Origin: an uncultured Solirubrobacteraceae bacterium
GTDB lineage: Bacteria; Actinomycetota; Thermoleophilia; Solirubrobacterales; Solirubrobacteraceae
Direction of reading: 5' to 3'
Length of the DNA stretch: 64,000 bases
NCBI GenBank assembly: GCA_964588985.1
Contig: CAZPQW010000019.1
Coordinates: forward strand, 1-64,000
Notes under the pieces: generated by a model
Told to the model about the DNA's origin: nothing
What the model saw: only the letters and a program-made list of their open reading frames with translations
Databases searched by the model: none
Position numbers and translations under genes: made by a program
Shown: piece by piece, positions 22,101 to 30,865 of the stretch
Numbering within the stretch: the stretch's first letter is position 1
Layout: the number at the start of each line of letters is the position of its first letter

Positions 22101-22928
22101 TCAGCCGCTCATCCCGCCGAACAGGCCGCCGGTGATGTGCAGCGTCTGGCCGTGCACGTAGTTCGACCACGGCGAGCACAGGAAGAACACGCCGCCGGCT
22201 GCCTCTTCGGGTGTGGCAGGACGGCCGAGCGGGATCAGCATCGAGGCCATCTGACGCATCTGCTCGGGGATGCCGAGCTGGATCTTCTCGCCGTCGACCT
22301 CCATGGTGTTCTCGTCCACCTTCGCCTGCGTGAGGCGCGTGTCGATGAAGCCGAACGCGACGGCGTTGACGTTGACCTTGAACTGGCCCCACTCCTTCGC
22401 CACCGTTTTCGTCAGGCCCACCACGGCGGCCTTGCCCGCCGAGTAGTTCGCCTGGCCGGCGTTTCCGAACGTGCCCGATGTCGAGGACACGTTGACGATC
22501 TTGCGGAACACCTCCTGGCCTTCCTCGCGCTCCTTCTTGGCCGGCTCGCGCAGGTAGGGGGCGGCGGCGCGGATCACGCGGAACGGCACCACCGTGTGGA
22601 TGTCGAGCATCGCCTGGAAGTGCTCGTCGGTCATCTTGTGCACCGGAGCGTCCAGGGTGTAGCCGGCGTTGTTGACGATGATGTCGATCTTGCCGAACGA
22701 GTCGATCGCCTTCGCCACCAGCTGGTCGGCCGCGCCGGGCTTCGTCAGGTCGCCCGCGAACACCGCGGTCTCGCCCTGGATCTCGCCGGAGGCCTGCTCG
22801 GCGATGTCGCCGTCGAGGTCGTTGATCAGAACCTGGGCGCCCTGCGAGACGAGCAGCTCCGCGGTCGCGCGTCCGATCCCGCGGGCCGAGCCCGTCACGA
22901 TCGCCGACTTTCCGTCGAGTACTCCCAT
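22101..22928 (-). CDS. SDR oxidoreductase (3-oxoacyl reductase-like)
   Basis: TGSARGIG, NNAG, NYSAGK. Confidence 0.92.
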   Translation of the reverse strand: MGVLDGKSAIVTGSARGIGRATAELLVSQGAQVLINDLDGDIAEQASGEIQGETAVFAGDLTKPGAADQLVAKAIDSFGKIDIIVNNAGYTLDAPVHKMTDEHFQAMLDIHTVVPFRVIRAAAPYLREPAKKEREEGQEVFRKIVNVSSTSGTFGNAGQANYSAGKAAVVGLTKTVAKEWGQFKVNVNAVAFGFIDTRLTQAKVDENTMEVDGEKIQLGIPEQMRQMASMLIPLGRPATPEEAAGGVFFLCSPWSNYVHGQTLHITGGLFGGMSG

Positions 22929-23026
22929 AGCTGTTGCTTCTCCTTGTTGGTCGGGGAGGGGAAGTTATATAGGGCTGCGTGGAGTGGCTGGTGGGGGCGC
23001 CGAGGGGGCGTGGCGGGTCAGGCTGT

Positions 23027-23323
23027 CTACAGCTTGGGACGCTTGACTTGTTCGGATGCCGCTAGGTCCACCTGAGGGCCGGAGCCGGTTCTGATCCAGC
23101 CGGCAAGCTCCTCTCGGGCGCGGCGCGCTTTGCGGTCCTGGTCGGGCAGTTGAGAACGCTCGCGGGCGGTCTCCAACGAAGCGCGCACGTCCTTGTCGGC
23201 GATCGTCGTGCCTGTCGCTGCAACCACAGGGCCGTTGGGGCCGTCGATCACGCGCGGGTGCTTATCGTGCGGCGATGGCTCCACGTGGCCGGAGATCTTG
23301 GTGGGGTCAGCCGGCGGCTTCAT
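23027..23323 (-). CDS. Hypothetical protein, possibly chimeric antitoxin remnant
   Basis: GPVVAATGTTIADKDVRASLETAR resembles C-termini of small antitoxins (inference). Confidence 0.35.
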   Translation of the reverse strand: MKPPADPTKISGHVEPSPHDKHPRVIDGPNGPVVAATGTTIADKDVRASLETARERSQLPDQDRKARRAREELAGWIRTGSGPQVDLAASEQVKRPKL

Positions 23324-23379
23324 TACACGAGGCTACCCGACCGAAAAGTGACTGTGTTTCTGTGATCCTGTGAGGCATT

Positions 23380-23619
23380 GTGACCAACATCATCGTCTCC
23401 GTTCCCGACGATGTCTACCGCGCCGCGCATACCCGCGCGGCGGAACGGGGCAGCTCCGTCAGCGCGCTCGTGGCGGAGTACCTGAGGTCGCTGTCGGGGC
23501 TGGATGTCGAGGTCGCGAGGCTGGAGGCTCAGCAGCGATGCATCCAGGGCCAGGTCGGTCGGTTTAGTGCCCGCGACCGGGTCGATCGCGAGGAGCTGCA
23601 CGGGCGTGCAGTTCGTTGA
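23380..23619 (+). CDS. Ribbon-helix-helix antitoxin (VapB-type)
   Basis: TNIIVSVPDDVYRAA..RAAERGSSVSALVAEYL...REELHGR. Confidence 0.75.
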   Translation: MTNIIVSVPDDVYRAAHTRAAERGSSVSALVAEYLRSLSGLDVEVARLEAQQRCIQGQVGRFSARDRVDREELHGRAVR

Positions 23620-23630
23620 CACTGATGTTC
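23606..23630 (+). pseudogene. 5' stub of a PIN/VapC toxin
   Basis: GTG CAG TTC GTT GAC ACT GAT GTT = MQFVDTDV overlapping the antitoxin end, then similarity is lost. Confidence 0.55.
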
Positions 23631-23713
23631 GGCGAGAGGGCGTCCAATCGGCTTGGACTACGGCGAGCTCGGGCGCATCCTGCACTCGATGGAGCGCGCT
23701 GGAGCATCCACGT

Positions 23714-23776
23714 ATTTGTTCGGTGCAATTAGTTTGCCATCAACCGCACATTTAGAAATGTGTTCGGTACAATTAG
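23714..23776. promoter_or_regulatory. Direct repeats plus palindrome upstream of fic
   Basis: AT(T/G)TGTTCGGT(G/A)CAATTAG at 23714 and 23758; CACATTT-AG-AAATGTG at 23747-23762. Confidence 0.65.
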
Positions 23777-23779
23777 ATC

Positions 23780-24907
23780 ATGCCTCAGCCGAACAAAATC
23801 ACGGGGAGCGGCCGCGGCCGACCCACGAGAACCGCTGTCTACGAGCGCCTGCGTGTTCAGATCAGCGAACTGCGTGACCGGCTCGGTGGTCTGCCCTCGC
23901 CTCGCGAGGCGGACGGGATCTGGCGCGGGATATGGCTCGAGGAGGCTCACCACTCGACTGCGATCGAGGGCAACACGCTCGTGCTCAAGCAGGTCGAGCA
24001 GCTGCTCGAGGAGGGCCGCGCGGTGGGCAACAAGGAGCTCAGGGAGTACATGGAGGTACGTGGGTACGCCGATGCCGCCAATTGGGTCTACGGTCAGGCG
24101 CTGAACTCCGGCGCATGGTCGGCCGGCGAGCTTCTCTCGCTGACCGAGCTTCGCCACATCCATCGACTCGCGCTCACGCCCGCGTGGGGTGTCGCGCCTC
24201 ATCCGAGCGCCGGCCATAACGAGAGTCCGGGCTCATTCCGCGAGCACGACATCCGGCCGTTTCCCGGTGGGATGCGCCCACCGCCGTGGCCCGAAGTCTC
24301 TGCCATGGTCACCGACTGGATTCGCGAGGTCCAAGCACTCGGTCGGGCGGGTGACGGCATCGAGCCCGAAGCGCTGGCCAAGGTGCATGTGCGCTTCGAG
24401 CAGATCCACCCATTTCTCGACGGCAACGGGCGCACCGGCCGGCTTGTTCTGAATCTGCTCCTGGTCAGGCTTGGCTATCCCCCCGCGATCATCTTCAAGG
24501 GCGATCGCCGGCGATACCTGGCCGCACTCCAGAGCGCCGATCGCGGCGACCATGGCCCGCTCGGGGAGCTGCTCGCCCGCGCCATCCTCGACAACCTCCA
24601 CAAGTTCATCGTCCCCGCGGTCGCCGGTCCGTCACGCCTCGTCCCGCTGCCTGCTCTCGCCTCCGAGGAGATCTCCGCAAACGCGCTACGCGTCGCCGCG
24701 ACGCGGGGGCGTCTCATGGCCTCCAAGGCCGCTGACGGCACGTGGCGCAGCACGCGCGCATGGGTTGAGGAATACCTGGCTGGGCGCTACGAGCGCGAGG
24801 CCCGCAGCAGAAGTAGAGAACACGGCGGACTGCCGGTAGTCCGTGTTCCGGCACGTACGCCTCCAATCACGCCAGAGATCGTGCGGCGAGCACTCGACGA
24901 GGATTGA
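23780..24907 (+). CDS. Fic-domain protein with C-terminal HTH-like domain
   Basis: STAIEGN inhibitory motif; HPFLDGNGRTGR catalytic motif. Confidence 0.93.
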   Translation: MPQPNKITGSGRGRPTRTAVYERLRVQISELRDRLGGLPSPREADGIWRGIWLEEAHHSTAIEGNTLVLKQVEQLLEEGRAVGNKELREYMEVRGYADAANWVYGQALNSGAWSAGELLSLTELRHIHRLALTPAWGVAPHPSAGHNESPGSFREHDIRPFPGGMRPPPWPEVSAMVTDWIREVQALGRAGDGIEPEALAKVHVRFEQIHPFLDGNGRTGRLVLNLLLVRLGYPPAIIFKGDRRRYLAALQSADRGDHGPLGELLARAILDNLHKFIVPAVAGPSRLVPLPALASEEISANALRVAATRGRLMASKAADGTWRSTRAWVEEYLAGRYEREARSRSREHGGLPVVRVPARTPPITPEIVRRALDED

Positions 24908-24939
24908 GCTTCCCGGTGGCGCTGTTGGACGTCAACGCG
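24904..24939 (+). pseudogene. 5' stub of a second PIN/VapC toxin
   Basis: LSFPVALLDVNA overlapping the fic stop codon; ALLDVNA is a PIN beta1 motif. Confidence 0.5.
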
Positions 24940-25087
24940 ACTCGAGCATCCTCGCCATGGGCGACGGAAATGACGTCGGGGTATTGACCACGCTTTGAAA
25001 GGATCCGACGGACGGGGATCCTCGGTACCGCAGGACCAGCAGCCACGTGATCCACCTCCATTCGGATCTAGGCGTTACGCTGCGGCG

Positions 25088-28000
25088 GTGGTCGGACCCA
25101 GCCCTGACGTTCCCCAGACAGCATCAATAGACAACCCGATCCTCAACTCGCCCTACGCCCCGCCCGGCCGGCACTATGAGGTCGGCCAGAACGGTCCGAC
25201 CGGGGTGATCAAGGACGGTCGGCGGCCGAGTGAGTCTTGGATTCCAATCGCCATGGCGAGGAAGGACAAGAAAGGCGCGCCGGTTCAGGAGACGATTGAC
25301 TTCGATGTCACCGGCGAACGCCGGGAGCGCAACGAGCTGATCAACGAGATACGGCGAGACGTCGCGAAGTGGCGTGGTGACGGTCAGTATGGGGGCGTCA
25401 CGCCGATCACCCGCAAGTTGCTCCAACACTGGGCTGATGAGGATCGCGAGAACCGCGTCATCTTCGCGCAGCGCGAGGCGGCCGAGACGGCGATCTTCCT
25501 CACCGAGGTCGCAGGACGGCACCATGGGTACGCCGACTGGCGGCGGCGGCTCGAGATCGAGAACGAGGCTCACAACGACGGGCTCCCACGAGCAGCCCTG
25601 AAGATGGCGACCGGAGGCGGCAAGACCGTCGTGATGGCGATGCTCATCGCCTGGCAGACCCTCAACAAGGTGCAGTCGCCGCGAGATGCGCGCTTCACCA
25701 ACCGGTTCCTCGTCATCACGCCCGGGCTGACGATCCGCGACCGGCTCCGCGTGTTGTTGCCCGAGGATGCCGAGAACTACTACGACCTACGCGACCTGAT
25801 CCCGGCCGACCTCAAGGGCGGCCTCGAGCATGCGCGCATCGCGATCACGAATTACCACGCATTCCAGCTTAAGGACGCCAAGGAGATCAAGGGCGTCGCC
25901 AAGAACACGCGCCTCCTGTTGAAGGGCTACCGCAGGGACGACCCGTTTAAGGAGACGTCGCAGGCGATGGTGAGCCGCATCTTGCGCGACCTCGGGCCGG
26001 ACAAGCAGCAGATCATGGTGCTGAATGACGAGGCGCACCACTGCTATATGGACCGGCTGCTGCAGGCTGGCGAGAAAGCCGACAAGGAGCAACAGGACGC
26101 GAACGAGCAGGCCCGCGTCTGGTTCCGCGGCCTGCAGGCGGTCACAAAGCACGTGGGCGTCAAGCAGATCTGGGATCTCTCGGCGACGCCGTTCTACCTC
26201 AAGGGTTCCGGTTACAACGAGGGGTACATCTTTCCGTGGACGGTCAGTGACTTCTCGCTGATGGATGCGATCGAGTCGGGCATCGTCAAGGTCCCGCGGA
26301 CGCCGGTCGACGATGATGCGACCGACCCGCTCGTCACCTATCTGCGCTTGTGGGACTACGTCGGCGCCGAGCTCCCGAAGCGAGCTGCGAAGGACACGGT
26401 CGCGGATTGGCTCCCGCCGAAGGAGCTCGAGGGCGCGTTGCGCAGTCTCCACCGCTCGTACGAGAAAGCGTTCGCGCACTGGGAGAAGGAGCTGGCGCAG
26501 TACGGCGAGACGCCGCCGGTGTTCATCGTCGTCTGTCCCAGCACTGTCGTCTCCAAGCTCGTCTACGACTGGATCGCGGGTGAGCAGGTCATCGAGGACG
26601 ATGAGGTCGTCGCCCACAAACCCGGACAGCTTGCGCTGCTGTCGAACGTCGTCGGCGGCAAGCCGCTCGCGCGTCCGCGCACCATCCTCGTCGACTCGGC
26701 GCAGCTCGAGTCTGGCGACGGGATGAAGGATGAGTTTAAGAAGATCGCGACTGCAGAGATCGCGGCCTTCAAGCAGGAGTACCGCAAGCGCAACCCGGGT
26801 GCCGACGTGGAGAAGATCGAGGACAGTGAGCTGCTCCGGGAGGTGATGAACACCGTCGGCAAGCGCGGCCGGCTCGGCGAGCAGGTTCGCTGCGTCGTCA
26901 GCGTCTCGATGCTCACCGAGGGATGGGACGCCAACACGGTTACGCACATCCTCGGCGTTCGCGCGTTCGGTAGCCAGCTCCTTTGCGAGCAGGTCATCGG
27001 CCGTGGCCTGCGCCGCCGCTCGTACGCAGTGAACGAGCAGGGGATGTTCGAGCCCGAGTACGCGAACGTCTACGGCATCCCGTTCCAGTTCATCTCGTCC
27101 GACAAGCCGCTCAAGGATCCGCTGCCGCCGAAGCCGGTGATCGAGATTTGCGCGGTCGAGGGCCGCGAGGAGCTGCGGATCGAGTTTCCCAGGCTCGACG
27201 GCTACCGCGTCGAGCTTCCCGACGATGAGATCTGGCTGGACCTTGAAGGCGCACCCAAGTTCGATGTCGGTCCGAACACGGTGCCGAGCTGGGTCGAGAT
27301 GGGCGGCGTTGTCGGCGAGCGTGAGCTCGACGAAGGCGACCCGACGCAGTACCGGCCCCAGCAGGTCGCCTTCGCCCTCGCTAAGCGCGTCCTCGACGCC
27401 AATTTCAACACCGTCGACGACAGGCGTCCCTGGCTCTTCCCCCGGCTGGTCGAGATGTGTCGGGTGTGGATCGAGGAGAGGGTGATCGTTTCCGGTGGCT
27501 ATAGCCTCGGGTATCTGATGACGATCACGGAGGCAAGAGTGCTGGCCGCCGAGGCGGTGTGGAACGCGATCGTGCGCCAAGAGGGCAACCGCCGAGAGCG
27601 ACTGCGCCCGATGATCAATCGATTCGACCCCGTCGGCTCGACCGGCGACGTCGATTTCCAAACGCGCAAGCGCACCGTGCCGACTGAGAAGTCCGAGGTA
27701 TCCCATGTCACTCTCGACGGCAAGGACGGCAATACGTGGGAGCAGCTCCTCGCGAGCGAGCTCGAGCTGAACAGGAACGTGAAGTCGTACGTGAAGAATG
27801 ACCACCTCGGCTTCACGATCCCCTACGTGCACAAGGGGCGGAGCCACAGCTATACACCGGATTTCCTCGCCCGGCTCGAGCCTGGCGATGACGGGATCGT
27901 GCGGACCCTCATCGTCGAGGTCTCCGGCAGCCAGAAGAGCCCAGGGCCGACCCGCCAGAAGGCGACCACCGCACGCGAGTCCTGGTGCGTAGCGGTCAAC

Positions 28001-28159
28001 AACCACGGCGGCTTCGGCCGTTGGGGCTATATAGAGATGACCGATCCGCTCGCGTTCAAGGCACGCCTCTCGGATGCGATCCAGGCGCTGTACGGCGACA
28101 ACGCGATCATCGGCGACCCCGATCGTCTCGACTTCGAGTTGGCAGGCCATGGCGCGTAG
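25088..28159 (+). CDS. Type III-like restriction endonuclease Res subunit (SF2 helicase plus PD-(D/E)xK)
   Basis: KMATGGGKT, DEAHHC, SATP, MLTEGWD, EQVIGRGLRR, YTPDF...IVEV; start uncertain (24995/25088). Confidence 0.9.
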   Translation: MVGPSPDVPQTASIDNPILNSPYAPPGRHYEVGQNGPTGVIKDGRRPSESWIPIAMARKDKKGAPVQETIDFDVTGERRERNELINEIRRDVAKWRGDGQYGGVTPITRKLLQHWADEDRENRVIFAQREAAETAIFLTEVAGRHHGYADWRRRLEIENEAHNDGLPRAALKMATGGGKTVVMAMLIAWQTLNKVQSPRDARFTNRFLVITPGLTIRDRLRVLLPEDAENYYDLRDLIPADLKGGLEHARIAITNYHAFQLKDAKEIKGVAKNTRLLLKGYRRDDPFKETSQAMVSRILRDLGPDKQQIMVLNDEAHHCYMDRLLQAGEKADKEQQDANEQARVWFRGLQAVTKHVGVKQIWDLSATPFYLKGSGYNEGYIFPWTVSDFSLMDAIESGIVKVPRTPVDDDATDPLVTYLRLWDYVGAELPKRAAKDTVADWLPPKELEGALRSLHRSYEKAFAHWEKELAQYGETPPVFIVVCPSTVVSKLVYDWIAGEQVIEDDEVVAHKPGQLALLSNVVGGKPLARPRTILVDSAQLESGDGMKDEFKKIATAEIAAFKQEYRKRNPGADVEKIEDSELLREVMNTVGKRGRLGEQVRCVVSVSMLTEGWDANTVTHILGVRAFGSQLLCEQVIGRGLRRRSYAVNEQGMFEPEYANVYGIPFQFISSDKPLKDPLPPKPVIEICAVEGREELRIEFPRLDGYRVELPDDEIWLDLEGAPKFDVGPNTVPSWVEMGGVVGERELDEGDPTQYRPQQVAFALAKRVLDANFNTVDDRRPWLFPRLVEMCRVWIEERVIVSGGYSLGYLMTITEARVLAAEAVWNAIVRQEGNRRERLRPMINRFDPVGSTGDVDFQTRKRTVPTEKSEVSHVTLDGKDGNTWEQLLASELELNRNVKSYVKNDHLGFTIPYVHKGRSHSYTPDFLARLEPGDDGIVRTLIVEVSGSQKSPGPTRQKATTARESWCVAVNNHGGFGRWGYIEMTDPLAFKARLSDAIQALYGDNAIIGDPDRLDFELAGHGA

Positions 28160-30848
28160 GGCGAAGCAGGCTGGGTCCACGCCGGTCGACTCGATCACGC
28201 ATGGGGACAAGCGGACGAACATCCCCACCGCTGACGCACTCGCCTTCGTCGACCCCGCGATCGAGGAGGTCCGCAAGGTTCGCTACGCGCGTGATGAGAG
28301 TCTCGACCCGCAGCTTGTCTGGCGCGGGAAGTATCCGCCCGTCGATGAGATCGGTGAGGCCGACCTCGACCTCGTCACCGACGCGCCGCCGATCTACATA
28401 CAGGAGAAGATCGACCCGCGCGTTCTAATCGAGAACCTCCGCCGCACCGCGGAGAAGCCCGACGACGAGCCTGAGCTGACCCTGTTCGACTCCTTCGACG
28501 GGCTGGATGAGTTCGATCAGGTGGACTTCTACAAGCATGACGCCAACTGGTCGAATCGCATGATCCTCGGTGACAGCCTGCAAGTGATGGCGTCACTCGC
28601 GGAGCGCGAGAAGCTCCGCGGAAAGGTGCAGATGGTCTACATCGACCCGCCGTACGGAATCAAGTTCGGGTCGAACTTCCAAGTCTCAACGAGGAACCGC
28701 GCCGTGAAGGACGGGAATCGTGAGGACACGGTTCGTGAAGCGGAGCAGATCAAGGCCTTCCGCGACACATGGGAGATGGGGATCCACTCGTACCTCACAT
28801 ATCTTCGTGATCGCCTGATCGCCGCTAGGGAGCTACTGACTGAATCAGGGTCATGCTTCGTCCAGATCGGCGATGAGAACATGCACCTTGTTCGTTCGGT
28901 CATGGACGAGGTCTTCGGTGCGGCTTCGTTTGTCAGTGCAATCGTCTTCTCCAAGACCGCCGGGGCATCGGGAGACTCGCTGTCGGGCGTTGTTGACTAC
29001 CTGTTGTGGTACGCGCGGAATCCTGATGCCATGAAGTACAGGCCGCTCTTTACGTCGAAGGTGGCAGGTGAGAGCGGTGCCACGCAATACCGGTTTGTTG
29101 AGAAGGTTGGCGGCGAGCGACTGCCGCTCGGCGAGACTGTCCTTGAACCGGGCGATCGGCTCTTTGCACACGACAACCTGATGAGCCAGCGACCGGCCCA
29201 AGGGGCAGATGTGCGTGAGTTCACCTTTCAGGGTAAGGTCTTTCGCCCGAGGGCAGGCACGTTCAAGACTGATCAGGCCGGGCTGGAGTGCCTCGCGGCA
29301 GCACGACGACTGTTCTGGGTTGGCAACACCCTTAGATACGTCAGGTTCCTCGATGACTTCAATGCGTCACCACTGACGAATCTCTGGACGGATACGGGAA
29401 CTTCAGGATTCGCCGACTCAAAGACATATGTGGTCCAGACACTTCCTCGGGCGATCGAACGTTGCGTGCTGATGTGCACCGATCCAGGTGACCTCGTTCT
29501 CGACCCGACCTGTGGCTCAGGAACGTCCGCCTACGTTGCTGAACAGTGGGGACGTCGGTGGATCACCATTGACACATCACGCGTTGCTCTCGCCCTAGCT
29601 CGGCAGCGAGTGATGGGTGCAAGGTATCCGTGGTATCTTCTCGCGGACTCCCCGGAAGGGCGTCTGAAGGAGCAGTCACTCGTGGCATATGCCCTGCCGC
29701 GAGACCCCGGAGAAGCCTCTAATAAAGATATTCACGAGGGGTTCGTTTACGAGCGCGTACCTCACATCATGCTGAGCTCGATCACCAACAACCCGGACAT
29801 CGAGGCGGGCATGATGCGTGACCAGGTCGATGCTGCAATCAACCGTCATGCAGAATTCGAGCTGCTGTATGACCGGCCATTCGAGGAGGCCAAGAAGGTC
29901 CGCGTCGCCGGCCCCTTCACAGTCGAGTCGCTGAGCCCACATCGCTCGCTCTCGTTCGGCGACAGCTCCGAATCCCTCTCTGAGACTAAGGCCGCCAAGG
30001 ACGCCGACGCACCAAACTTCGAGCAGTCGATCCTCGATAACCTCGCGAAGGCCGGCATCCAGAACGGCCGCCGGCAGGAGCGGATCGCGTTTGCGGCGTT
30101 CGAGACATATGCGGGCGACTACATCCAGGCGATCGGCCAGCGCGACGGCAAGACGGATGGGGACACCCCGGTGCGGATCGCGATCGCGATCGGCCCGCAG
30201 TACGGCACCGTCAGCCCGTCGTATGTGAAGAAGGCGGCGCGCGAGGCGATCGAAGCAGACGACGTCGACCTGCTCGCGATCCTCGGCTTCGCCTTCGACC
30301 CGCAGGTCACCGGCCTCACCGAGGGCGACGGCGTCAGCATCGAGGCTTCCGACGAGGGCTTCGCCACCGTCGCGGGCGTTCGCAAGCTGGGCCGCATCCC
30401 AGTACTAATGGTGCGTATGAACGCCGACCTCCTTATGGGCGAGGAGCTGAAGAAGACCGGCGCCGGCAACCTTTTCACCGTATTCGGCGAGCCCGACATC
30501 GCGTGGGATGAGACCGAAGACGGCATCGTGGTCGATCTTAGGGGCGTCGACGTCTACGACCCGACGACTGGCGAGGTGCGCAGCAACAGCACCGACCAGA
30601 TCGCGCTCTGGATGATCGACACCGAGTATGACGAGGAGTCGTTTTTCGTCCGGCATTGCTATTTCACGGGCGGCAACGACCCGTACAAGCGCCTGAAGAC
30701 CGCGCTCAAGGCTGACATTGATGAAGAGGCGTGGGAGTCGCTCTACCGGACTATCTCCCGCCCCTTCCCGAGGCCTGAGACCGGCAAGTTCGCCGTCAAG
30801 GTAATCAACGACTACGGCGATGAGGTCATGAAGGTCTTCGAGGTCTGA
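28149..30848 (+). CDS. N6-adenine DNA methyltransferase, Type III Mod-like (beta class)
   Basis: YIDPPYG, VLDPTCGSGT, C-terminal AVKVINDYGDE; overlaps res. Confidence 0.93.
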   Translation: MARRAKQAGSTPVDSITHGDKRTNIPTADALAFVDPAIEEVRKVRYARDESLDPQLVWRGKYPPVDEIGEADLDLVTDAPPIYIQEKIDPRVLIENLRRTAEKPDDEPELTLFDSFDGLDEFDQVDFYKHDANWSNRMILGDSLQVMASLAEREKLRGKVQMVYIDPPYGIKFGSNFQVSTRNRAVKDGNREDTVREAEQIKAFRDTWEMGIHSYLTYLRDRLIAARELLTESGSCFVQIGDENMHLVRSVMDEVFGAASFVSAIVFSKTAGASGDSLSGVVDYLLWYARNPDAMKYRPLFTSKVAGESGATQYRFVEKVGGERLPLGETVLEPGDRLFAHDNLMSQRPAQGADVREFTFQGKVFRPRAGTFKTDQAGLECLAAARRLFWVGNTLRYVRFLDDFNASPLTNLWTDTGTSGFADSKTYVVQTLPRAIERCVLMCTDPGDLVLDPTCGSGTSAYVAEQWGRRWITIDTSRVALALARQRVMGARYPWYLLADSPEGRLKEQSLVAYALPRDPGEASNKDIHEGFVYERVPHIMLSSITNNPDIEAGMMRDQVDAAINRHAEFELLYDRPFEEAKKVRVAGPFTVESLSPHRSLSFGDSSESLSETKAAKDADAPNFEQSILDNLAKAGIQNGRRQERIAFAAFETYAGDYIQAIGQRDGKTDGDTPVRIAIAIGPQYGTVSPSYVKKAAREAIEADDVDLLAILGFAFDPQVTGLTEGDGVSIEASDEGFATVAGVRKLGRIPVLMVRMNADLLMGEELKKTGAGNLFTVFGEPDIAWDETEDGIVVDLRGVDVYDPTTGEVRSNSTDQIALWMIDTEYDEESFFVRHCYFTGGNDPYKRLKTALKADIDEEAWESLYRTISRPFPRPETGKFAVKVINDYGDEVMKVFEV

Positions 30849-30865
30849 CGACAGGGGAGGACGGA

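Noticed and set aside
25787-28276. 829-aa antisense ORF to res (and similar long antisense ORFs elsewhere)
   Set aside because: Typical high-GC antisense shadows with no recognisable motifs.
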